From: Octopus vulgaris
Lineage: Eukaryota
Assembly: GCA_951406725.2 (NCBI GenBank)
Contig: OX597815.1
Coordinates: 91,512,001 to 91,576,000 of the forward strand
Direction of reading: 5' to 3'
DNA: 64,000 bases
Numbering within the stretch: position 1 is the stretch's first letter; every line of letters starts with the position of its first letter. The notes below the pieces were generated by a model. That model worked only from the letters and a program-made list of their open reading frames with translations, had not been told where the DNA came from and made no database searches. A program made the position numbers and the translations under genes. Shown here piece after piece: positions 1 through 12,827 of this stretch.

Positions 1-2002
1 AACAAATACATTTGAAAGCAGAGGATACCTTAGTATGTATTTTACGTTCAAATCAGCACATAGGTATCATATAAGAAACAAGTGAACTTGAATATCCAGG
101 CTGACTTACTCTTGTCACAGTGCATGATGACAATAATCATGGGAGCAGGGAGGCTCAACAACTAAATAGTAATGAACATAGCTGTCATTCTATTTTGTAT
201 TTGGGTTGTGTATTTAATTTTTTTACATTCTTTAGTTTCAATTTATGTACACCAGATTACCTGGGAAATTTATGTAATGTAAAAATTGTATCCAGCAGGA
301 GACTGATCTCTCATTGGTTTAGTCATTGTAAAACTAAAGCTAACTACTTTCATGTTGAAAGTCTCTCAGGTCTTTGGTGCATTTTTTTACATTATAATGA
401 ATTTTCAGTTCACTTTAGAAAATAATTATTAAACAGTAAAGCCAGATAGACATGAACAATTTCTGAAAACATTTATTTCTTGGGAAAACTATATTTCAAG
501 GAAGCATTTTAACTTCTAATACAATTCCTATCCAATCTTACCCACAGCATTTTTAACTATTATTGGATTCCACTCTTAAACTACATTAGTGCATCTGTTG
601 GTTTTTGGAGCCAATTAGAGTTGATCTTTTATGGGAACTATCTTTCTACTTCATCTTTGATTCCTTGAAGAAAGGAAACTGATATCTTAATGATCTTTTC
701 AGAAATGCCATGAAGGAAAAGTTTGTTAAAATTGTTTTCTTTTTTTATTTCCTCATAATTTCCTCATTGAAATAATGACTATCATAGAGTGCATCAATTT
801 AGGGTGCAGTTATTTCAATTGGTGCATTGAGACAAAATGGCAATGTTTCCGTAAGAAGAATAAATGGTAATGGATACTATGCCATGTGAGTGCAGAAAGG
901 GAGCTTAGTTTATTTGTATATGTATGACTAAAAATGGCAATGAGTAAAAGTAAAACTTTGTATATATTTGTAATAAACTTCAATATTTATCTGATTGTCA
1001 AATTGGTATATTTGTCAAAAAAAAAAGAAAATTGTGGAAAGTTACTGATTAAGAGCTAATCCATAGTTTGTTAGTGATCGGAACTAAAATAAACCGGCTG
1101 TGTATGAGTCATTAGATCAGATGACAACTAGTAGTTGTGTATACAGATATGAAAAGAAAGCAGATTTGCTTTAATAGCGGTTGCTATTCAATGTATGATT
1201 GTTATGAATTAGATAAATACTTTAACACTATTATTAGCAACAAGTTAATATCATAGTGTGATATGTAAACTGGAAATGCTTCTGTGGTGTGGATGTTGGT
1301 CATAAGGTCTATTGTTTATTTTGGACAGCTTTAATTTGATGTTTAACAAAAAAAGGATAAAACTACTCCTGGACAGAATGCTAGTTTATTGCAGCATCTT
1401 TTTCCAATGTTAAGTGCATTGTTCAAATATGCAATGCAGCACTTAAAATAGATTTAAATTCAAAACCTGTATGCTGGTAGTCCAATAACATATTCGATCA
1501 GCAATTTTGCTCATATAATTAATGTGGTATAATTGCAGGCAAATTATTATCTTAACTATCCATTCCTACCAACCTATTTAAAATGTTTCCAAAATTATTT
1601 TATTGAATGTATACACCCCTAGCCTTAGTTTATGCTTGTGGAATTGTTGATTTCTGCTGACAATATTCTTGTCTCACATAGAATTACTTCCACTGAGTTT
1701 TATTGAAATTTATAAAAGTGTTTCTGCTTCATTGATGCATGTGTGCATATGTGTTGTAATGGTGATTGGTATTGGAAGATTATTCACCATATTCTTGTGG
1801 GTTACTGATGTATTGTAAGCATTAAGAAGTTGAAAATATTTGTTGAAGTTTGTAGTGGTAAGACATTTTGTGAGACTGGTAGTAGAATGTATACATAAAT
1901 ATGTGAATGGGTCTTATGTTATTGATTTTTATCATGAATACTTGCACTTTTAATATGTTGTACTCTATGCTTGTGGTATCTACATACTAGTTACATAACT
2001 AC

Positions 2003-2004
<2 letters not shown>

Positions 2005-2055
<51 letters not shown>

Positions 2056-2370
2056 ATATATATATACATGTATGTATGTATATATGTATGTATGTATATA
2101 TGTATATATGTATGTATATATGTATGTATGTATATATGTATGTATATATGTATGTAAGTATATATGTATGTATGTATATATGTATGTATATATATATGTA
2201 TGTATGTATGTATATACATATGTATGTATATATATGTATGTGTGTGTGTATAAGTATATATATGTGTGTGTGTGTGTATATATATATGTGTATATATGTA
2301 TATGTGTATGTATATATATGTGTATATATATATATATGTGTGTATATATATATATATATGTGTGTGTGTC

Positions 2371-2412
<42 letters not shown>
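2005..2412. repeat. Compound (TA)n/(TATG)n/(TG)n microsatellite
   Basis: Directly visible; explains the YI/YV/MY-rich ORFs at 1971-2438. Confidence 0.97.
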
Positions 2413-3137
2413 ATAATAATAAGGGTAAAATTAATTAACTAGTAATTAATCATTTTACCAAGCAGTTCGTCTTTTATGTTATGATTATATGTTATACCTT
2501 GACTGCTACTTGTGTATGATGCAATTTAGTTTGCGGTTGTTTTTGTTGGGGGCTATACTGTGAATGGCAATATAGTTACTCGAGCCAGAGACATCCTGTC
2601 TTCAATATCTTGGTTTCTTGTATCTCAGGGCATGTTCCATTGAATTTTGATACCTTAAATTATCTTTTTGTATTAGTGTGTATTTTATGCTGGAAGGCTA
2701 AGTTTTTCGAAACAGGAAGAGAAATCAGTCATCAAAAGCTCTGCATAGAAGTCAGAAACACAACTTCTGTCTTTTAAGAAAATCCCCCAAATTAAAAACC
2801 TTAAGACATATTCATAAACATACGTCTGAAACACCATTTAGCTAAAGGAATTGCTGCATTAACCATACAAATACTGACAAATCTACAGAATCTGGAAACT
2901 CGGTAAAATCATAATTTTAAAATCTAACAAATATTCAATCAAAGCCATAGCTCGCAGAAATCTCTCCGGAGCATGAAATTTTTCTGAATATCATCTGCGT
3001 ACATTTATGTGTATGCGTGTGTCATTTAACTTTTCTCCTTCGTCCACTCTCCCCACTCACATTTGCCAACATGGATGTCTATAGTATTTTAAATGAGATT
3101 AAATGCTTCAATTCCAAATGTAAGAATATATGTAATT

Positions 3138-3300
3138 ATTTCTTTACTACCCACAAGGGGCTAAACACAGAGGGGACAAACAAGGACAGAGATCGACCCC
3201 AGTGCGTAACTGGTACTTAATTTATCGACCCCGAAAGGATGAAAGGCAAAGTCGACCTTGGCGGAATTTGAACTCAAAACGTAACGGCAGACGAAATACG
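3138..3300 (-). mobile_element. tRNA-derived SINE, Meta-domain-like, partial
   Basis: Reverse strand has B-box-like gagttcaaattcc followed by gtcgactttgcctttcatcctttcggggtcgataaattaagtaccag; matches the copies at 3427 and 16103. Confidence 0.85.
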
Positions 3301-3426
3301 GCTGTTAGCTCAGTGCTGGTGGTTAATTGTCAATGATTGGGATATATACATATAAACATATACACACACACACACATATACATATACACATATATCTACA
3401 CATCTATACATCATTATGTAACAAAA

Positions 3427-3638
3427 GGCAGCAAGCTGGGAGAAACGTTAGCATGCCGGGCAAAATGCTTAGCGGTCTTTAGTCTGTCTTTACGTTCTAA
3501 GTTCAAATTCCATTGAAGTCGACTTTGCCTTTCATCCTTTCGGGGTCAATAAATTAAGTACCAGTTTCACACTGGGGTCGATATAATTGACTGCCCCCCT
3601 CCCCAAAAATTCCAGGCCTTATGCCTAGAGTAGAAAAG
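3427..3638 (+). mobile_element. tRNA-derived SINE, Meta-domain-like, with 14-bp TSD
   Basis: Head ggcagcaagctgg..., B box aagttcaaattcc, central gcctttcatcctttcggggtc; attatgtaacaaaa duplicated at 3413-3426 and 3639-3652. Confidence 0.9.
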
Positions 3639-4949
3639 ATTATGTAACAAAATAAGCACACACACACATATACATTTATGTAAATGTGCATACAGCTAGG
3701 TATATATTTGTTTATATGCATCTGTGAGTGTGTGTGTGTGCTTGCAATAGAGTGATGGTAAGGTCCTGTTTCAATTCTTGGGTAAAGCAGTTCTCATTGC
3801 TTATACACATGCACTCACACACACATGCAACAAGCTATCTAGCTAGATGGATGGATGGATGGATAAGTACATAGGAAGGTAGGTAGGTTGGTTGGTTGGT
3901 TGGTTGGTAGCAAGAAAAACGAACAAAGTGGCAAACATTCCATTTTCTTTATCCAGTTCAATTCAAACAAGAAGTGTAAATATATGCATTTCATATATAT
4001 GTGAATGTGTGTGTTTGTGTGTGTGTGTGTGTTCTCCAGTTCTACTGAAGATTATTTTTTATGTTTGTATGGTTTTATATTTCTATTTTAGTTATGTTTG
4101 CTATTGAATATTCTCTGTAATATGTTACTTTATAGCATTGGTGAACTTGTCTTGAACAATTTTTCCTTTCAACCTTGCATCATTTATTCAAGGATTCCTT
4201 ACACTGTTTTTGTTTTGAAGAAAGTGTCACATTAAGCCTCTAATACTGCAGTTTGCTTTGCAAGTCAACAAAATTATGTTTTTTTCAAAAGAGATACTTG
4301 TTCAACTAATGTATTTATTACAATTTGATTTGCCTCATATTTAGGCAACACCAAAAAATTTCTTTATCATGCTCTGAATGAGACACTGTAAAAGTGTCAA
4401 TGAAATCTCAGAAAATGTTAGCATGGTTCCCATTTCAAGTTGTCTATATTGCTTCTTTTCTTTTTAATTTTCTCCTTGTTACTCATTCCTATAATAAAAT
4501 GCTTGAATAATTTAAATTTCTATTTCTAAATCTATATTCAGATATGAATAGTAAATATTATTTCAGAATTATACATTAATTAAGTTGATAGTGGAAGAAA
4601 ATTAATGAACCAATAGAAATTAGAATAATATTGGTTGAAATCAAAACAAAAATATTCTTCGGGAACTACAAGGCATTTTGGATCAAATAGCTAGCTTGCT
4701 TCTTGCTAACTTGGCAGGTTCATTCATCAACAGCATATATAGCACTAGATGTTTCAATTCTAATAGTTGAGATTGGATGGTTATTTGTTTAGTTCATAAC
4801 TTATTTTCTATTTCAAATTATGTATTAGTTTTTATGGACATTCATTTCAATAAAATGTGTCAGTGTCTAGGAAACTTCATCTTTACACTGACGATATTTA
4901 AAGAAATAATTAGGACAGCAATCTGTACTAGATTGCAAGATTAAAGATC

Positions 4950-5070
4950 TCTTGAAGTTGACTTTGCTTTTCATCCTCTGTGGCCTACAAAATAAGTGCC
5001 AGAAATATACTGGAGTCAATTCAAATGTCTACACACTATTCCTTATAAACTTTGGCCTTGTGTTTTGTCA
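4950..5070 (+). mobile_element. Degenerate fragment of the Meta-like SINE
   Basis: gttgactttgcttttcatcctct...aaataagtgccag resembles the central domain. Confidence 0.6.
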
Positions 5071-6134
5071 AAATCAATTAAAGCAATAATTTACATCATG
5101 TAAAGTGCAAGTCTTTAACTATGAATTGGAAGCAAAACAAAAAGTAAACAAAAATAAACACTTGTTTTTCCTATTTGGCAAAATATCAATAAAAAGTAAA
5201 AGCAGCAAGATAATCCTCATAAAAAAGTAGAAAACTTTCTGAAAATTTATTGTTTTGTTAGAATGAATTAAACTAGGTTTATTCAAAATCTGTACAATTA
5301 GCCACAGCAATTAACATTTAACATTAATTTTAAAAATATGATGCAATTAAGAATTACTTTCCTGCTGTTGATATTATTTCTACTGCTCACTTGTGCCATT
5401 TTCACCAACTTCTTGAGAAACAAATTGCAGACTATTTTTGTGTTAAACGTCATTCATAAGATAATTGTGTTTTGTCTGCATCTCCCAGCTGTCTATTTCC
5501 CATGAGCCTTTACTAAATCTCCAATCAAACTAGTTCCTCAGGTAAATAATCACTTGAAAGTATTTCCATACTGACACTAGTATTAAGATCAGCAGTTCAT
5601 AGTTCAATTATTGATATTAGAATGATATATTTCTGAGGAGTCACAGCAGCTGAGTGGGTGAATTGTCAGCTTTCCTGAAGAGTCTGCAACCTTATATACA
5701 ATATATCATATCATATCATCATATCATATCATTGACACCACTGTGTGTCCAAGGTATAGTATCGATGAGGAAATTGCCTCCAGTTACTTAGTAAGAAAGA
5801 GCATATTTTTAGAAAATGAGAGACCTAATTTCAGTTGATATGTTATTTGACTGTCTACAGTGTTTTACCAAACTTTAGCAGTTCTACAAAATTCATTCCA
5901 GAACTATTATATTTTTTATTATTATCCTATAACAATGTATTTTAACACTATCGACACTAAGTTCTCTCATGCAGAGCCTAGGAGGACCATGTGCATACTT
6001 TCCCTCCAGAGAAACCATTAAAAAAGAAAATAGATGCATAATAGTAATTGAGATACAGTTATTGAACTAAATTTCCTCCACCAAAAATAAGATGAATGTC
6101 TTGGAATTATACTCCATCTTACTTGAGCCAAATG

Positions 6135-6345
6135 AGAAATGTTAGCAGAATTTCCCTTAAATCACACTCTGCCATATTTTTTATATTTTTTTTAACATAA
6201 AAAGAGGAAAAGAAATGACATATTGGTTAATGTGGTTCTAGATAAACTGTCTCTGCAAAACAAATTACAAGGTAGCTATGACTGGAATGGTTTTTTTCAT
6301 AGGTTTACTTGATCAAGGCTAAGCTACAACAGCAGCAACCCTAAC
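6135..6345 (+). repeat. Old dispersed repeat ending in a (CAA)-like tail, unclassified
   Basis: Blocks aaatcacac..., ggtc/tatgactggaatg, tcatagg, gct..aacaaca recur near 7130, 15440, 18490, 44730, 48590 (+) and 23160, 24350, 56400, 57770, 58000 (-). Confidence 0.65.
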
Positions 6346-8412
6346 AAGAAAATTACATTGCTTTTTATTTTTTTAATTGTAATTATATCTCTAGAGGCAA
6401 TGACCTTTGTTTTGGTTTATTAGAACAATCATTTAGAAATAGCTTTTCAGAAAATAAAACTTTATCTGAGAAGGTTATAATCATGTACATTTTGTTGGTG
6501 TCCATAAATAATGTAAATAATACCATTATTATGATATTACACTACACTGACCATTTTACTGGGTAAATACATTGGAAAGCTATTGAGTGAAATGATGCAG
6601 ACAGTTATTTTATCTTAAGACTCTAATAAACCCTTTGACATTTGCTGCTCTCTACTAAATAATAAGCATTCAATAGTAAACCTATCATCTTGTGAACATA
6701 TTCCAACATAACACAAACATTTAAACATTTATTTTATTTTCTGTTATCATCTACTTCATTATTATCATCATTGTCATTATCAAGTTTTCCTCTTGTTTTC
6801 ACTCTTCTTTACTTTGAGAGTTTGTTACTATTCCTGGTTTATTTTTTTACTCATATCCATTGCTGTTTATATTGTATCAGGAAGTATAATGGCTCTGTAG
6901 TTTTATTAAATTGGTTCTTGTAGTTATATATTGTTTTTTCCTTCCCATTTACACCTATTCCTACTTACCTTATATCTTTTTATTGCATCTTTTTCCCCTT
7001 CTGCTTTATGCAGAAGTCCTAATCAGCTTCATTAAGTTGCTGAATTCCAGCATTCAGCAATGTAAGATCAGGATTTCAAATCATGCTTCCTCACCTGTAT
7101 CCATTCAAGAAAGATGCCTCATGAGCTAATTTTAATGTAGTCCTAGATATACAAAAAAAAAAGATGGAATGGTCATGGATGGAATGACTCTGATCGTAGA
7201 TCAATCAGATATGACTTTAGAGCTAAACAGCCACAACTTAGTTGACTGCAGTTTCCTTGGTTGACAAACTGCAGGTTTTACATGCATTTCATAGTTGAGT
7301 GCTTCAGTAGTGAAGAGAACATCATCTAATTGCAAAAAAAGTAAAGGAAAATTCCCTTTATCTAACAAACCCTATGTAAAAGATGAAATTTACAAAATGT
7401 GTCCCACCTCTATTAGCAGAGGAAAATTAATGTAAAACAAAAAGAACAGTAACAAAACCAACAGGAAAAAAAGATCAAAGAATAAAGACATATGCAATAA
7501 CATTAAACTAAGCTTCTTCTTCAACTCTGTACTGCTTGATTGCAACACAAAGATATTGATGTCATGCTTCATTGAAATTAATAAGATTTTGTGAAAAATA
7601 TATCTTTTAAAATTTTTTATTTATTTATTTCTTTTTCTATTGTTTTATTTTCCCAATTTTCTATTTTGTGCTTCATTCATTAATTATAGATGCTTTGAAG
7701 TTCCCACAACTTCCTCACCTCAATATTAGGCCTGTCTCCTAGATAATTATCATTAATGGAAAATGATCAGCAACATTACCACATTCTATTTATTTATTTA
7801 TTCAATATAAAAGGAAAAGCATGGAAAGAAACAGAATATTGCTCCATTAATTAAACAGGTTTAAGTGACTTTTCTATGCCTTTTTAATTATTGCTAGTTT
7901 TGAAGAGAAAGCAACTTTCCAAGGAGATGTTAAAACTTCGAAGGAGAGTAAATATACTTTAAGAATAATCTGTATAGTATGTGTATATGCTTACACTATT
8001 CTGCTGAAATATAGATGCCAATCATTTCCCAAGAACCACATTTTGTGCCCTACACAGCCAGTGACTGCATAGCAGAATGTACAGAATGGTCTCAATACAG
8101 ACTTACAGTCTGCAGCTAAACACAAAGATAACTAGCTCTATGCCATAGGTCTACTCTGTAGTAACTGACCTGGATAAGGGCAGACTCATGCCAATGAAAA
8201 CGATGCCTATTTCAGTTCAGTTTCCTTTTGACTAACTGTTCTTTCAATTGAATTTTCCTTAGATTGTATGTATTATTCTTCAAATGAAGTTTTAATCCAT
8301 ATAGTTGCAAACACTCAGCTTTATCTTGTCTATACCTCTGGGTTTTTGAAACTGTGTTTATTCTCTGCTTTCTTTTGATTACTGCTGCAAAATTTCCAAA
8401 TGAATTATCAAT

Positions 8413-8417
<5 letters not shown>

Positions 8418-8474
<57 letters not shown>

Positions 8475-8627
8475 ATACATACATATATAAATATATATAT
8501 ATATATATACGCTTATACATGTGATTGCATATGCATATGTATATATATATGTATACATACATACATATATATATGCTTATACATGTGATTGCATATGCAT
8601 ATGTATATATGTGTATATATATATACA
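8418..8627. repeat. Microsatellite with a duplicated gcttatacatgtgattgcatatgcatatg unit
   Basis: Directly visible; the unit occurs twice about 65 bp apart. Confidence 0.9.
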
Positions 8628-9267
8628 CAGTTCATCTTTGGTGTTACAAGGAGTTCTGTTGGTCTCTCGCTCAACTGTACCCCACAGATAATAATCAAGC
8701 AAGTTGCAGTCTGAAGTATTAGGTGGCAAAATGTTAGGAGTGATGTAGTCGCAGAAATTGTCTGACCCCCTGACTGGGTTCTCCTGCTTGTGGTTGCATG
8801 GTGCAGAGTCCTGTTGCCAGACACAGGGGCTTCCAGCAGCCACCCTCTTGACCCAGGGCAGCACTACCTCCTCCAGGCACTTGATGTAGGCCTCTGTGTT
8901 GAGTTTGAGGCTGTGTTGGAAGAGGAATGGAGGCATAATGTCGCCATAACTTGTGATCACTCCAAACACCATGATGTTGATTGGATATTTGAATTTTATC
9001 ACTCCCGGTAAATGTCCTCAGATTGACACCCAAGCACTCTGAAATGTTCGTATTGGAGCTTCTGGCATGAATGCCGAGCAGTACAGCATGTCGTTTCCAA
9101 ATTTCTGACTGAGTGAATTGGATCATGATGCTATTTTTCTCGCAGGTGGTGCCCAACTGACTATACTATATTGTGTCATTGACAAAATCAAAAACAAACA
9201 ATGTACATGCACGAAATTAAAAATATTAAAAAAAATAAAATGACGACAATTTACCCATCACACCCTG
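8628..9267 (-). mobile_element. Tc1/mariner DD37D (maT-type) transposon, internally deleted and 3'-truncated
   Basis: Translation IMVFGVITSYGDIMPP...VWQQDSAP-...-SDCNLLDYYLWG with 37 residues between the last two catalytic Asp; terminus cagggtgtgatgggtaaattgtcgtcat at 9267 abutting TA. Confidence 0.9.
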
Positions 9268-9287
9268 TATATATATGTATATATATA

Positions 9288-9884
9288 TATACATAATTAG
9301 GATAAAATCATTATTTGATGATTTATCAGTGGCCAGCATACTAAAAATACCATAATGATTAATTTGTAAAATAGACAGTGGGGATTTATAAAATAATTTG
9401 GATAGTCCCAAATCTATAGATTTCACAGTTTGAGTTATTAAAAACCTTTTCTGATCATCAGTGGTAGCATACTGACTGTAAATAATTGAAAAATACATTA
9501 TACATACCACCATAAACGCAAATAATGTACATGTATTTTGCATGTATTCTTTTTGCTGGCCACTGATAAATCATTAAATAATGATTTTATCCTAATTATG
9601 TATAAAAATATAAATTAATTCACTCCTATAACATATTTACTGCAGAAGTATTCTAAGTAAATAAGCACATGGTTGATATAGACGCTTGGATTTTAATTTG
9701 TGAATACATGCCAAATGCATGTACATTATTTGCACTTATGGCAGTATGTATAATGTAGTATAATGTATTTTTCATTCATTTACGTTCGGTATGTCGCCAC
9801 TGATGGTCGGAAAGCGTTTTTAATAACTCAAACTGTGAAATCTATAGATTTGGGACTTTCCAAATTATTTTATAAATCCTCACT
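9288..9884. repeat. Interleaved inverted repeats A-B-A'-B'
   Basis: A 9288-9338 vs A' 9554-9604 (50/51 complementary); B 9377-9549 vs B' 9702-9884 (long, imperfect). Confidence 0.92.
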
Positions 9885-9965
9885 TACAACCATGTGTAGT
9901 GGAGTAATAATCTAAGTGGTTCATAGATCATATGGGGTCTTACCATTATAATAATAATAATAATA

Positions 9966-10440
9966 TATATATATATATAAAGCTGAGAATTTGTGTGTGT
10001 GTGTGTGTGTGTAAACCTGCAGAACTTCTGAAGTTCACAGCTGATTTTCTCCAAACTAGGAACATACATTACCTATGTTCTAGAGAGGTTTTAAACTCTT
10101 AAAATTTTTGATATAATGAGTAATGGGGCCCCTGGGAGTAGAAAACCCCCTTTCCTGGGTAAACAATACGAAGGATCACATGACTTGGTTGCTTCATTGG
10201 TTCAAGGGACATTACTCTTGATAACGTACTTATGTTCATATATATATATATATATATATATATAACTGAGGATGTGTGTGTGTGTGTAAACCCACAGAAC
10301 TTCTGAAGTTCACAACTGATTTTCTCCAAACTAGGAACATACATTACTTATATTCCAGAGATGCTTTTAGAATCTTAAAATTTTTCACATAATGAGTAAT
10401 AGGACCCCTGGAGGCAGAAAACCCCCTTACCTGGGGTACA
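9966..10440 (+). repeat. Two direct copies (~190 bp) of a Helitron-like 5' segment
   Basis: (TA)n-a(a)gctgag-(TG)n-aaacc.cagaacttctgaagttcaca.ctgattttctccaaactaggaacatacattac at about 9970-10160 and 10250-10440. Confidence 0.75.
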
Positions 10441-11601
10441 TATGACTGCCTGTATGGTCCACATATTGCTTCTATGCAAACTGGAAAATACTGCTACTGA
10501 ATTGATATAAGTAGGTTGTATTAAATGGATGAATCATTGTAGACTTCAAACTGCGTTTTCTAAGTGGTAGCAATAATAACCTGTTCCTATAGAACCATAG
10601 GTAGCAATTTGTTGGAATAAAAATCGTTTAGAATGCATTGTTTATTAAGAAAAATATACTAAAATATGTTAAATCTTGTGCAACTATTCAGCTATTTTCT
10701 TTTAGCTTTCTCAATGTCTTTTTTCTAAGCATAGATGAAACCTATACAAATATTCTTCAGCTATTGATTACAAACCGAAATATCTCATGTACATTAACAT
10801 ACTAATTTATGGTGCCTAAGATGCAACCACATTAGTTAGAGACCATGTCCTCAGTGTCACCTTGCGTGCTGGACACTGCATGCTGAATTGTTTTCATTTG
10901 GAGCTGAGTTGTCCTCACAATGGTCACACACTGTTTACGTGAAGGAGTGCACAGTTGAGCCATTGATTCCCAGCCATGTCAGCAACCCAACGTCATGTGA
11001 CCCAACCATGTTTGTTCAAGACCATGTCCTTAACGGGACCCTGTGTACCATAACACTGCATGCAGAATTGTTTGAGTTGTCCTCACAATGGTCGCATGCT
11101 GTTTATGTGAAGGTGTGCACTGTTGAGCCATGACTATTGATTCCAAACCGAAATATCACATGACAGTGTTGTTTTCAAGCACTTTCTGCTAATCCCCCAC
11201 CCACCTTACATGTCATTTCTTTCATGTAGATTTCTCTCATGTGGTGCTGTTGAATGCACCCACAGGCTTAATTTCTCACATAGATGTAGTTCCTATGTCT
11301 GCTGATTGCTCAGCATGGTAGCAACAGCACCGACAGCTACAAAGGAGAGTTTATCCACTGAAACCTTTTTGGTGCATTCAAAAATCACATGCCCCCCACC
11401 CACTTCTCCATGATAAGGTTAGGACCTGGAATCTTCGAAACAGACGCAATACATGTCACTTAGTGAATTAACTCCTCATTTACTCCACAAATGTTTTTTC
11501 GTCACTGCTGCACTTCCCCATATTGCATGTTTCAACTTAACTGTACCATATATACAAACTATGCCATTTAAATTCCAACCAACACTGGGTATGTCTGTTA
11601 G
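10250..11601 (+). mobile_element. Putative degenerate Helitron
   Basis: Helitron-like 5' segment; decayed 3' end ccaaccaacactgggtatgtctgttagt resembling the hairpin+CTAG of the 13.6 kb copy; possible PIF1-helicase C-terminal trace near 10530-10660. Confidence 0.45.
10761..11165 (+). repeat. Tandem repeat, period ~180 bp, about 2 units
   Basis: gaccatgtcct at 10841 and 11020; gagttgtcctcacaatggtc twice; ctattgatt.caaaccgaaatatc at 10761 and 11134. Confidence 0.85.
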
Positions 11602-11633
<32 letters not shown>

Positions 11634-11640
11634 TATATAT

Positions 11641-11990
11641 GTGTGGTAAGAAGCTTGCTTCTTAACCACATGGCTCCAGGTTCAGTCCCACTGAAGTGTC
11701 TTCTACTGTAGCCAAAGCCTTGTGAGTGGATTTGATGTATGGAAACTGAGTGAAGCCTGTCCTATATATATATATATATGTTTGTATGTCTGTGTTTGTT
11801 CCCCCCCACCACCATCGTTTGACAACCGTTGTTGGTGTGTTTACATCACTGTAACTTAGCAGTTCAGCAAAAGATAGAATAAGTACTAAGCTTACAAAGA
11901 ATAAGTCCTTGGGTCGATTCTTTCGAGTTAAGCAGTGCTCCAGCATGGCTAAAGTCAAATTACTGAAACCTGTATAAGAATAAAAGAATA
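11641..11990 (+). mobile_element. tRNA-derived SINE, CORE-like family with internal microsatellite
   Basis: gtgtggtaagaagcttgcttc...ggttcagtccca head, gccttgtgagtggatttg, 3' gtgctccagcatggc; matches copies at 33920, 46605, 54308. Confidence 0.88.
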
Positions 11991-12006
11991 TATGTATATA
12001 TAATCC

Positions 12007-12237
12007 ATGGGATTATCGCTCAGACATAGATACACTCTGCACCAACAGCAGATTGCATTCCCAGAATACAGAATGATACCCTTTAGTGAACACATTGAGA
12101 GATGCGCAAAGCAACTGCTACCACAATTTGTAATCTTTCCAATTTATCAATGTGCCATTGGAACACCAACACAAGTTAGATTAAATAAGGAAACCTAATT
12201 CATTGAAAAATATAAGCCAAAACTTAACCATTTCTAG
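12007..12237 (+). pseudogene. Penelope-like element GIY-YIG endonuclease C-terminal relic
   Basis: GLSLRHRYTLHQQQIAFPEYRMIPFSEHIERC...FVIFPIY...RLNKET*FIEKYKPKLN fits the R...H, S.H...C, R...E..FI....P.LN pattern; one in-frame stop. Confidence 0.8.
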
Positions 12238-12616
12238 CATTTTTAAATAAGTAAACTTACCTCATTGAAAAATATAAAGCAAAACTTAACCACTTCTAAC
12301 ATTTTATTCTAGCAAAACCAAATCATGTTAAATTAATAAAATCGAATCATTCCCAACATTTTTGATTATCTCCCTTATAATTAAAAAATCCCTGATTGCC
12401 TCTCCCTGTTTGGAACTCTCCTACATCACACCATAGCAAAGAGATGACACAATATCAGTAAAGAAATTTGAGAAATTTGAATAGAAAATATGAAATCGGT
12501 TATTTCTCCAAAAACAATGTCACTACACACAAAATTTTATAACATTTTCCTAACATGACGATTTGAATATATTCTTTAATCATATAATACAAGTCCTCTA
12601 CATTCTATTTTGTGTT

Positions 12617-12684
<68 letters not shown>

Positions 12685-12827
12685 GTAAATTGTTTGTACA
12701 CTATTATATATGAAAATATGTTGTCTATTGACTTTATTACGCATACTAGCCACCAGTATGAAAATTTTTCTAAATCTTCTACCCTTATTATTTTCACAGT
12801 ATATATGTATATATATATATATATATA

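Noticed and set aside
1971-2438. Long YI/YV/CV/HT-rich ORFs here and at many other sites
   Set aside because: Stop-free translations of dinucleotide microsatellites, not genes.
4885-4915. CTGACGA...GAAA hammerhead-like boxes
   Set aside because: No credible stem I or stem III register; likely chance.
10761-11165. CRISPR-like repeat array (also considered at 40647)
   Set aside because: Whole units repeat, there are no unique constant-length spacers, no cas genes, and the context is eukaryotic.
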